In this document: positions 18,854-25,927 of the stretch, piece after piece
Position numbering within the stretch: the stretch's first letter is position 1
Layout: every line of letters begins with the position of its first letter
UHGV virus genome: UHGV-1366123
Source of the DNA: a virus
Length of the DNA: 64,000 nt
Strand: one strand, 5' to 3'
Position numbers and translations under genes: made by a program
Notes under the pieces: model-generated
The model's input: the letters and a program-made list of their open reading frames with translations, nothing else
Database searches by the model: none
Told to the model about the DNA's origin: nothing

Positions 18854-19321
18854 TTATGTCCGTACAATATAAGCATCATAACCATACTGCAAACCATCAA
18901 AATAAGAGCTTATGTATTCATAACAACCTCGTAATGTTAGATATGCGTAATAGTCTGATCTTGAATTGTAGTTGCCATTTTGATAGCTATAACAAGCATT
19001 GGAGAAGTTGCTTATAAGCCGTTCCAATTTGGCAATGGTTTCATCAACCTCTTCAGACGACTTCCAACGTAAGTGACTTAGTTTCACTCCTATAATGAAA
19101 TCATCGATTTCTCGTTGATTTCTTTTTATCGTGAGCTTAAACTCATAGGGGCTGTCATAAGGATCGTCTTTGATATGTTCACGTGTCTTTGTTGTTGTTA
19201 TTTCAACTTCAAACATCGGTTCTCCATCGTAATATATCGTCTGTACAGATTGGAATATCTTGATGTTTGTCTTGTACACACCTCTATCAAGACCTTCATA
19301 AAACTCTGTAGGGCTAATCAT
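18854..19321 (-). CDS. hypothetical protein
   Basis: ORF only; Tyr-rich C-terminus. Confidence 0.45.
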   Translation of the reverse strand: MISPTEFYEGLDRGVYKTNIKIFQSVQTIYYDGEPMFEVEITTTKTREHIKDDPYDSPYEFKLTIKRNQREIDDFIIGVKLSHLRWKSSEEVDETIAKLERLISNFSNACYSYQNGNYNSRSDYYAYLTLRGCYEYISSYFDGLQYGYDAYIVRT

Positions 19322-19340
19322 TGATCTCTGTTTGATCAGT

Positions 19341-20294
19341 TCATTTAGTCGTAGTTTGTTTCTTCTTGATGATCATTCTAAAATAAGTCTGCTCGCCATT
19401 CACAGACAAATATTTCCCGTCGTTTCCCCTTCTGGATGTCACAATCTCAAATTGTTGAGGATTGAATTTATACAAGAATGTTATCGGAACCCCCATGCAA
19501 CCATTGTAATCTCGTGGTATATCCTTGACCCTATCGACATTTATACCATCATAATTGTCGTATTTGGGATATTCATGTTCGTGTCCATAGTAGTTTTTTG
19601 TAAGCGGAATATCTTCATGTCGCATAGAGTGGTTCAAATTCGTAAACCACAGACAATTATTGGTGGGCGTGATCATATTACCAGATTCGTCCATCCATGT
19701 TTTTTTCATGTAGGGTTCATAATGGGCTGGTATGATAAACCCAGAAAATTCGTTCCCACGATTTACACCAAGCCATGCCTTACCATCTTGAACGGATTTG
19801 AAGATTTCTTTGTTGGTGATAGAATTGATATTCCCAATAATGAGAAAGAGCTTATCGTATCTGATCAGTTGTGTCATATATTCACGGAACAACGAAAATG
19901 GTGGATTTGTAACAACTATGTCAGATTGTTCCAGCAAATCGATACTTTCTTGACTACGAAAGTCGCCATCACCATTGAAGTAAACAACATCAGCTGTCTT
20001 TGGATCTGTATCGACGAGTTCTGTCCCTGTGTATTCAAAGAAAAAACCACGACTGTTTTCCTTATAACAAGATGCAATCACCTTCCGAAGTCCCAATTCT
20101 TTGAAATTGGAAACGAAGTATTTGAAAAAGTTACTCGTCAGAGGATCATCACAATTGCAATACACAACTTTCCCTTTAAAATGGCTTTCATAATGTCGCA
20201 ATTCTCTTTCGATATCAATAAGTTGCGTATAGAACTCGTCGTTCTTTTGCTTTCTAGCATTACGAAGTAACTTGCTGGTTGTTGCCCTTGCCAT
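19341..20294 (-). CDS. N6-adenine DNA methyltransferase, EcoRI-methylase family (orphan)
   Basis: N-terminus MARATTSKLL..KNDEFYTQ..VVYCNCDDP..SNFFKYF..LGL.K.IASCY closely parallels M.EcoRI; motif IV IVVTNPPF present; no restriction enzyme gene adjacent. Confidence 0.8.
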   Translation of the reverse strand: MARATTSKLLRNARKQKNDEFYTQLIDIERELRHYESHFKGKVVYCNCDDPLTSNFFKYFVSNFKELGLRKVIASCYKENSRGFFFEYTGTELVDTDPKTADVVYFNGDGDFRSQESIDLLEQSDIVVTNPPFSLFREYMTQLIRYDKLFLIIGNINSITNKEIFKSVQDGKAWLGVNRGNEFSGFIIPAHYEPYMKKTWMDESGNMITPTNNCLWFTNLNHSMRHEDIPLTKNYYGHEHEYPKYDNYDGINVDRVKDIPRDYNGCMGVPITFLYKFNPQQFEIVTSRRGNDGKYLSVNGEQTYFRMIIKKKQTTTK

Positions 20295-20419
20295 ATTTCC
20301 GTCTTTTAATATAAATCTTCAGAATAGAGAATCGTCTTATCTTTTACATCTTCTATTTGATCAGCTTCTTTAGCTATCTTACAAACTTCATACCTATCAA
20401 CAAATATCACTTTAGAAGT

Positions 20420-20595
20420 GTAGAAGCCTTATCGTATGTGAAAAATCTGCGTTTTATCCAGTTCTCACTTCTTGTTTCAACCTGCCATTACTTTTTAGGA
20501 ACACGAGGTTCGGTCATCCATAAGAGGGCAGTCCGCAAGCGTAAATTCGGTGCTACGAACACCTACTCGATTTTTTATATGTTAGACAGTTTGAA
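20420..20595 (-). ncRNA. Putative TnpB omega-RNA (reRNA) scaffold region at and beyond the 3' end of tnpB
   Basis: Inferred from IS200/IS605 biology; locally GC-rich, structured segment (GGAACACGAGGTTCGGTCATCC...GGTGCTACGAACACC) immediately 3' of the tnpB stop. Confidence 0.35.
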
Positions 20596-21724
20596 GTTTT
20601 CTTTGTCCTTCAATGAGAATGTTCTTCGAAGCGTTTATATCTCTGTCGTGATATTCACCACATTCGGGACAAGTCCAAAACCTATCACCGAGTTTCAAGT
20701 CTTTCTTCTTGTAACCACAACATAAACAAGTCTTTGAACTTGGATAGAACCTATTGATAAGAACAACTCGCTTATCATTCATAAGAGCCTTATATTGCAA
20801 TATCGACTTGAACCGATAAAATCCAGACTCTTGGATAGCATTCGCAAGATAACGATTTCCAAGCATCCCTTTAATATTCAAGTCTTCCATGAACACCACG
20901 TCGTATGATTTGAGGATCTCGTTCACAACTGAGTGGATGTAGTTCTCTTTCTTGTTCGTTATATTCGCAATCACTTTTGCAAGTCTGATTCTCTGTTTGT
21001 TCCTATTGTTTGAACCTTTGACCTTTCTGGATAGTTGACGATGAAGTCTTGTGATCTTCTTTTCCTCCTTCTTGAAGAAGTGTTTGTTTTCAAACACAAA
21101 TCCATCAGAGGTTATGACGAAATCTTTCACACCAAGATCAATACCGACTTGCTTGTTGGTCTTTTCAAACTTTACAAATTCTGCTTCGGGAATGTCGATA
21201 AGGATTGATAAGAAGAAATTCCCACTCTTGGTTTTCGAGAGAGTTGCACTTCTTATGTTATCTTTGTACTTCTGTAAGCGTTTGTGATACAAGTCAGAAC
21301 AACGGAATCTGAGTTTTTGAAGAGAAGTGATTAGTGTTATATGTTTCGTTTCGAAAGTGTTCCTCTTTGAAATAGCATTACGAGGAAACAATGCTGATTG
21401 TTTGTCTTTCTTTGATTTAAACTTTGGAAAGCCTTTATGATGATTGAAGAAGTTTTGATAAGCACCGACCATCTGTTTGATTGCTTGGTTCATCACCTTT
21501 GTGTTCTGTTCTCTCAACCAAGCATATTGTTCATCTTTCAACAATGATCCGTGGAAATATTTCGATAGATCGCTTTCGCTTAGGTTTGTCTTGTCCGTTT
21601 CATAAGCCTTTTGTTTTCTATCGAGCATGTGATTATAGACAAAACGATAAGCACCAAGAACCTTGTTGAGTTCTTGTTCCTGCGCTTTGTTTGGATATAA
21701 CCTTATTTTAATCGCTCTAAACAT
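20582..21724 (-). mobile_element. tnpB: TnpB (IS200/IS605 OrfB-family RNA-guided nuclease), intact, no tnpA present
   Basis: N-terminal IRLYPNKAQ..YRFVYNH; RuvC-I GIDLGVKD, RuvC-II FMEDLNIKGM, zinc finger CLCCG...CPECG, RuvC-III DRDINASKNIL; all catalytic residues present. Confidence 0.8.
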
Positions 21725-21743
21725 GCCTATGATTGATTATCCA

Positions 21744-21968
21744 TTACAGATCTTTTTCTTCTGCTAATATCCTATCGAATTCCAATCTCAGACAGCGAAG
21801 ATAGCCGTTCATGTATTCATACTTAGTCTGCTGGAAGAACTTCTCATCTGGTGTCAACTTCTCAAACTCTAAAGATTGGATGAAATCGAGTTGCTTCAAA
21901 GTGACTTCTTTGAACCTTTCATAGCTCTTTAAAGCTTTCCGTCTCCTCTGTCCAAATTCTTCAAACAT
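21744..21968 (-). CDS. hypothetical protein
   Basis: ORF only. Confidence 0.4.
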   Translation of the reverse strand: MFEEFGQRRRKALKSYERFKEVTLKQLDFIQSLEFEKLTPDEKFFQQTKYEYMNGYLRCLRLEFDRILAEEKDL

Positions 21969-21974
21969 AACCTA

Positions 21975-22187
21975 TTAATCATTAGAGATTTTTGTAACAG
22001 CACCGAACTTCTTCAACTTTTCTGCAAGATCAAGGACATCTTGATCGTTCTCTGATTCATATAGAACTGGTTCATTCTGACGGACAAGTTCCATGGCATA
22101 ACTCAAAGAAATCTTTCGATAATCCATCAAGCACTTTATAACTTGAAGAGGTGCTTGACCTTTGTCTATGAGAATCAGCTTATACAT
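21975..22187 (-). CDS. Ribosomal protein bL12 (L7/L12) C-terminal-domain-like protein, stand-alone 70 aa
   Basis: LILIDKGQAPLQVIKCLMDYRKISLSYAMELVRQNEPVLYESENDQDVLDLAEKLKKFGAVTKI aligns with the bL12 CTD (..[47 protein letters not shown]). Confidence 0.6.
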   Translation of the reverse strand: MYKLILIDKGQAPLQVIKCLMDYRKISLSYAMELVRQNEPVLYESENDQDVLDLAEKLKKFGAVTKISND

Positions 22188-22212
22188 TTTGCTTGTTTTT
22201 ATTTTTAAAAAG

Positions 22213-22279
22213 TGCTTCGTGAAGGATTCGAACCTTCATCAATTCCGTCGAATCGCTCTGGCCATTGAGCTAACGAAGC
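22213..22279 (-). tRNA. Short (67-nt) tRNA-like element: perfect acceptor, D and T arms, anticodon arm collapsed (pseudo-tRNA)
   Basis: Acceptor GCTTCGT/ACGAAGC, D arm GCTC-AATGGCCA-GAGC, T arm GAAGG-TTCGAAT-CCTTC; only 17 nt between D and T arms. Confidence 0.35.
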
Positions 22280-22481
22280 CCTCATAGATTCCCAGTTTTA
22301 ACGGAAACTGTGGCGGACTATGAACCCCTGCGTGAAACCGCACTTGAACTTCAACCAAGATCTGTACGTACTTTAACCCAAGTGATAGGTTTTGAACCCT
22401 AATTGAAGCAGAACTATTCCCATTCTGAGAGGGGACGTTATCAACTTAAAAATTGGTGAAACGTCCTAAAGTCAACATCGG

Positions 22482-22554
22482 TACGCCATGAAGGATTTGA
22501 ACCTTCGACCGCCAAGGTATAAGCTTGGAACTCTAACCACTGAGTTAATGGCGC
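22482..22554 (-). tRNA. tRNA-Ile (anticodon TAT, decodes AUA)
   Basis: Acceptor GCGCCAT/ATGGCGT, D arm ACTC-AGTGGTT-AGAGT, anticodon stem CCAAG/CTTGG, loop CTTATAC, T arm GAAGG-TTCAAAT-CCTTC. Confidence 0.65.
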
Positions 22555-22589
22555 ATTTTCATCTTTCTATTTTCTTATTGATGGATCTT

Positions 22590-23135
22590 TTAGAACGTTT
22601 TACTGTATCCAAAAACGTCGGAAAGATCTCTCAGAGAATCATTCATAAGTATCTCGTGGACATTGTTGTAAACCGTACCAAGAAGATTCGATCCTCTCCA
22701 TTTCGATTTATCAACTATACGAATATCAGTTTCAGAAAGTCCACATCCCCAGATTTTGTCATAAGGACTGGCTTCTACAAACTCATAACCTTCATTAATT
22801 AGTTGTGTGTAGTGATCTCTGATTTTCTTTGAAGATCTTAGTTTCATCAGTACCACAAAGAGCATCACATCATATCTGACAGATGACCAACGACCATCAT
22901 TGTAGTTTCGAACAAGTCTTCCAAGCTCTTTACAAAAACGTGGGTTATCAGAATTCTTGAGGATCTGCATTGCGATATCTTCGTCTCCGAAGTACTTTGC
23001 TTTCAAGAACATGAACAATGATTCACCGCAATGGAAAACAAGACCATTATAGTTGATCTCGGATTTATAGAAGTTGCTGTAAAAATCCGAACCAGTGAAG
23101 AAAGTCACCAATTTATGATCTTTGAAAATCTTCAT
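22590..23135 (-). CDS. NADAR-domain protein (YbiA/DUF1768 family; ADP-ribose N-glycosidase-like)
   Basis: FFTGSDFYSNFY ... GESLFMFLKAKYF ... RWSSVRYDVMLFVVLMKLRS ... LINEGYEFVEASPYDKIWGCG matches YbiA blocks (F-SNF, SEHYFQAQKF, W..V...VM...L..KF, LL.T....LVE.S..D..WG.G). Confidence 0.75.
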   Translation of the reverse strand: MKIFKDHKLVTFFTGSDFYSNFYKSEINYNGLVFHCGESLFMFLKAKYFGDEDIAMQILKNSDNPRFCKELGRLVRNYNDGRWSSVRYDVMLFVVLMKLRSSKKIRDHYTQLINEGYEFVEASPYDKIWGCGLSETDIRIVDKSKWRGSNLLGTVYNNVHEILMNDSLRDLSDVFGYSKTF

Positions 23136-23157
23136 CGTGTCTCTTGTTCTTTTTTTG

Positions 23158-23230
23158 TGATTCCAGTGGGGCTTGAACCCACAACCCCTGCATTAAAAGT
23201 GCAGTGCTCTACCTGTTGAGCTATGAAATC
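23158..23230 (-). tRNA. tRNA-Lys (anticodon TTT)
   Basis: Acceptor GATTTCA/TGGAATC, D arm GCTC-AACAGGTA-GAGC, anticodon stem CTGCA/TGCAG, loop CTTTTAA, T arm GTGGG-TTCAAGC-CCCAC. Confidence 0.7.
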
Positions 23231-23370
23231 TAAACCATTGTTCTAAGCGAATCTCTTCAAGTGAATGATTAATCGCTTCGGTATTCTTATTGTGAATGTC
23301 AAGATATTAGTTTCAATGATAGTTACCAACAGCTATTGGAGATTATCAACAAATATTAGCAGTTCCCATG

Positions 23371-23446
23371 CCAAGAAGACCCCCCCCCGATGAATTGATT
23401 CTTTTTTATCAAAAAGAATCAATTCATCGGGGGGGGGTCTTCTTGG
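23371..23446. repeat. 76-bp perfect palindrome: 36-bp stem (CCAAGAAGA-C9-GATGAATTGATTCTTTTT) around a TATC loop, with C9/G9 homopolymer tracts
   Basis: seen in sequence; every position pairs. Confidence 0.9.
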
Positions 23447-23464
23447 AGATTATCGTTTATGGGT

Positions 23465-23520
23465 GAAGATTGAAGATTGAAGATTGAAGATTGAAGATTG
23501 AAGATTGAAGATTGGCTTCC
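23465..23520. repeat. Microsatellite (GAAGATT)x8
   Basis: seen in sequence. Confidence 0.95.
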
Positions 23521-23573
23521 GCATATTGAAGAAATGTGTTAAAGTGTATTATCAACTGATACGCTTTAAAGGA

Positions 23574-23657
23574 AGGTATTTTCCTTGCGCTCTGAGAGGT
23601 TCAAGAATATGAAAATAGCGGAGAATAGATCAGAGCGCAAGGAAAGTACCAAGGAAA
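23574..23657. repeat. MITE-like hairpin element copy (TIRs GGAAGGTATTTTCCTTGCGCTCTGA / TCAGAGCGCAAGGAAAGTACC; loop carries GAAAATAGCGGAG core)
   Basis: seen in sequence. Confidence 0.7.
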
Positions 23658-24060
23658 GCCAAGGAGACATATCCTTTGGAATGATGGGTTTCTGTCGGGA
23701 GACAATGACTATTTCCAAGGATTATGAGAAGACTATGACAATAATGGAGGACAATGGAAGATTATCAATGACTTGAAAGACAATGGTTGGAAAATGACTG
23801 ATTTTTAGAGGATTATCAGAGGACTATCTTTTGGAAAATGGTTGGTGATTATCGAATTAAAGGAAGGTACTTTCCTTGTCCTCGAAGCTATTCGAGAATA
23901 TGAAAATAGCGGAGACCATACTCGAGTTCAAGGAAAGTACCAAGGAAATCCAAGGAGACATATTTTCGAGGATTATGGTCTCTGTGGCTAATGGGAGGAA
24001 TATCTTGGAAAGAGAATATCAGTTTAAAGGTGTTAAAAGGTGTTAATCTGTTCGGGGATT
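23640..24060. repeat. Left iteron array: GACAATG / TGACAAT / GACTATGACAAT repeats (reverse complement of the right arrays)
   Basis: seen in sequence. Confidence 0.7.
23867..23941. repeat. MITE-like hairpin element copy
   Basis: TTAAAGGAAGGTACTTTCCTTG ... CAAGGAAAGTACC; loop GAGAATATGAAAATAGCGGAGACCATACTCGAG. Confidence 0.7.
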
Positions 24061-24070
24061 TAGTGAAGGT

Positions 24071-24170
24071 CTTTTTTAAAGTTTTACGCATGCGTTTTTT
24101 AAAGTTTTACGTGCGTGCGCTTTTTTTTGGAGTTTCACGCATGCGTTTTTTAAAGTTTCGCAACACGCAC
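24071..24170. repeat. Four tandem ~25-bp repeats TTTTTTAAAGTTTTACGCATGCG (each with a GCATGC or GCGTGC palindromic core); a fifth variant lies at 24376-24405
   Basis: seen in sequence. Confidence 0.85.
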
Positions 24171-24236
24171 CTGGTACTTTTGGTTTAAACTGGAGATTTA
24201 AAAACATGCGCACGACATGTTTCTGCGCTCAATGTA

Positions 24237-24289
24237 TGGTTTGGGGCAGCCTGGCTTGGCACTATCGTGCCAAGGCTGACCCCAAACCA
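24237..24289. repeat. Imperfect 26-bp palindrome TGGTTTGGGGCAGCCTGGCTTGGCAC-TATC-GTGCCAAGGCTGACCCCAAACCA, same TATC centre as the 36-bp palindrome
   Basis: seen in sequence. Confidence 0.8.
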
Positions 24290-24420
24290 GTTGTAAATAC
24301 TTTGTATTTACGATAAAACTGGAAAAAAATAACGCATGCGTATACGGGTATACACGGGAATTCGCGCGTTTTTTCAAAGTTTCGTGTATACGCACGGTTT
24401 GTCGGCAAATTCCGAGATTA

Positions 24421-24720
24421 GTCTGATTATCTTTCAATTTCAGTCTTTCAATTTTCAACTTTCCATTCAAAATCAGTTAACAATTCTTAACAATTCTCTG
24501 TTCTTGGAATGATTATCTTTCAATTTCAATCTTTCAATCTCTCTTTGAATAATCATCCATTGTCTTTCCAAGAATCATAGTCTTTCCAAGAATCATAAAT
24601 ATCTCGGGAATCATCAATGGTCTCTTTCAATTGTTCTGGTCTGTTCTGGGATTAAAAAGACTAATTTTGATTTTCAACTTTCCCTTTCCACAATAAAACC
24701 ATTTAGTGATTGTCTTTTGT
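24421..24720. repeat. AT-rich block of short direct repeats (TCTTTCAAT, TTCAATTTCA, TCTTTCCAAGAATCATA x2)
   Basis: seen in sequence. Confidence 0.7.
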
Positions 24721-24839
24721 CTTCAAAACGATTATCATTAAAGGGGCGGAAATCTATGATTCAGACAAAAGTCATCTTCTATTAACAAATCTTTAGAGAA
24801 TTCTTTCAATCTTTAGAGAAATTTTTCAAAGAGACTATG

Positions 24840-25017
24840 ACTTTTTCTATTGTCTTTGATAATCTTTTCACGATCCTCTATTGTCTTGGTGATTCTTTGA
24901 TGATCAGTCATTGTCTTTGATTATGGTTGATTGTCTTCCATAGTCTTCTGATAATCACTGACAATAGTCATTGTCTTCCGACAATCATACCACCATTCAA
25001 CAGAATACCTCTTCTGA
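24840..25017. repeat. Right iteron array 1: (A/C)(G)TCATTGTCTT(T/C) and GATTGTCTT repeats
   Basis: seen in sequence; three segmental copies follow. Confidence 0.75.
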
Positions 25018-25112
25018 TTACAGGAAGGTACTTTCCTTGCGCTCTGATCCATTTTCCGCTATTTCTATCCCACCGAATGTCTTCGAGGACAAGGAAAGTA
25101 CCTTCCTTTAAT
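25018..25112. repeat. MITE-like hairpin element copy with its loop inverted relative to the 23574 and 23867 copies
   Basis: TTACAGGAAGGTACTTTCCTTGCGCTCTGA ... TTCCGCTATTTC ... CAAGGAAAGTACCTTCCTTTAA. Confidence 0.7.
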
Positions 25113-25159
25113 TCAACCATTCTCAACCATTTTCTGGTAGATCATCTTCATAATCATTC

Positions 25160-25356
25160 AAAGAACCAGTTGTGAAGACGGTCATCATTGTCTTTCCATA
25201 ATCCTTTGATGGTCAGTCATTGTCTTTGATTGTTTTCCATAGTCAGTCATTGTCTTTGATTATGGTCGATTGTCTTTCCATAGTCTTCTCATAATCCTTC
25301 GAAATAGTCATTGTCTCCCGACAGAAACCCATAATCCTCGAGAATATGTCTCCTGA
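25160..25356. repeat. Right iteron array 2 (GTCATTGTCTTTGAT / GATTGTCTTTCCATAGTC units)
   Basis: seen in sequence. Confidence 0.75.
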
Positions 25357-25450
25357 TTACAGGAAGGTACTTTCCTTGAACTCGAGTATGGTCTCCGCTA
25401 TTTTCATATTCTTGAATATCTCAGAGCGCAAGGAAAGTACCTCGTCTTAA
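25357..25450. repeat. MITE-like hairpin element copy; loop is the inverted form of the 23867 copy
   Basis: loop AACTCGAGTATGGTCTCCGCTATTTTCATATTCT is the reverse complement of the 23867-copy loop. Confidence 0.7.
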
Positions 25451-25454
25451 TTAA

Positions 25455-25695
25455 TGAATCAGAACTATTGTCTCTTCATAGTCTTCTGATAATACTTCAA
25501 TAATCGTCCATTGTCTTTCAATAATCAGCCATTGTCTTCCGATTATGGTCGATTGTCTTTGATGATTGTTGATTGTCTTTGATGATTGTTGATTGTCTTC
25601 CATAATCAGTCATTATCTTGGATAGTCTTCCATAATCCTTCGAAATGGTCTATTGTCTTCGGATGATGACCCATAGTCCCCGAGAATACCTCTCC
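25455..25695. repeat. Right iteron array 3, including GATGATTGTTGATTGTCTTT x2
   Basis: seen in sequence. Confidence 0.75.
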
Positions 25696-25699
25696 TTGG

Positions 25700-25792
25700 C
25701 TCTCCTTGGTACTTTCCTTGCATTCTGATACACTTTCCGCTATTTTCATATTCTCGGGCTATTTCGAGGACAAGGAAAGTACCTCTCTTTAA
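25700..25792. repeat. MITE-like hairpin element copy
   Basis: CCTTGGTACTTTCCTTGCATTCTGA ... CAAGGAAAGTACCTCTCTTTAA. Confidence 0.65.
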
Positions 25793-25927
25793 TTCACAAC
25801 TCTGTGACCATTTCTCCAGCCAATTTTCTGATTATTGCTGGAAGGTCAATGTTTGGATACAGATGTGGGGAGAAGAAATCAAACTTCTCCCCACATTCTT
25901 CTTTTTGATTTGTAGGTTTCTTTTCTT

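Noticed and set aside
19332-20270. 312-aa +strand ORF antisense to the methyltransferase gene; also the 2508-3044, 6544-7077 and 9228-9719 antisense ORFs
   Set aside because: Each lies entirely within a well-supported gene on the opposite strand, has low-complexity composition and no motifs. They are most likely spurious shadow ORFs.
23585-23776. 63-aa ORF inside the hairpin-element and iteron region
   Set aside because: It is composed of repeat sequence, has no start context, and overlaps the structured non-coding elements. It is treated as non-coding.
24840-25800. Possible CRISPR array, because of the many short repeated units
   Set aside because: The repeat units (CATTGTCTT variants) are 9-17 bp, imperfect and irregularly spaced, with no constant-length spacers. 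The blocks are segmental duplications each ending in a hairpin element, and no cas genes are present. They fit an iteron or satellite-like array better than a CRISPR array.
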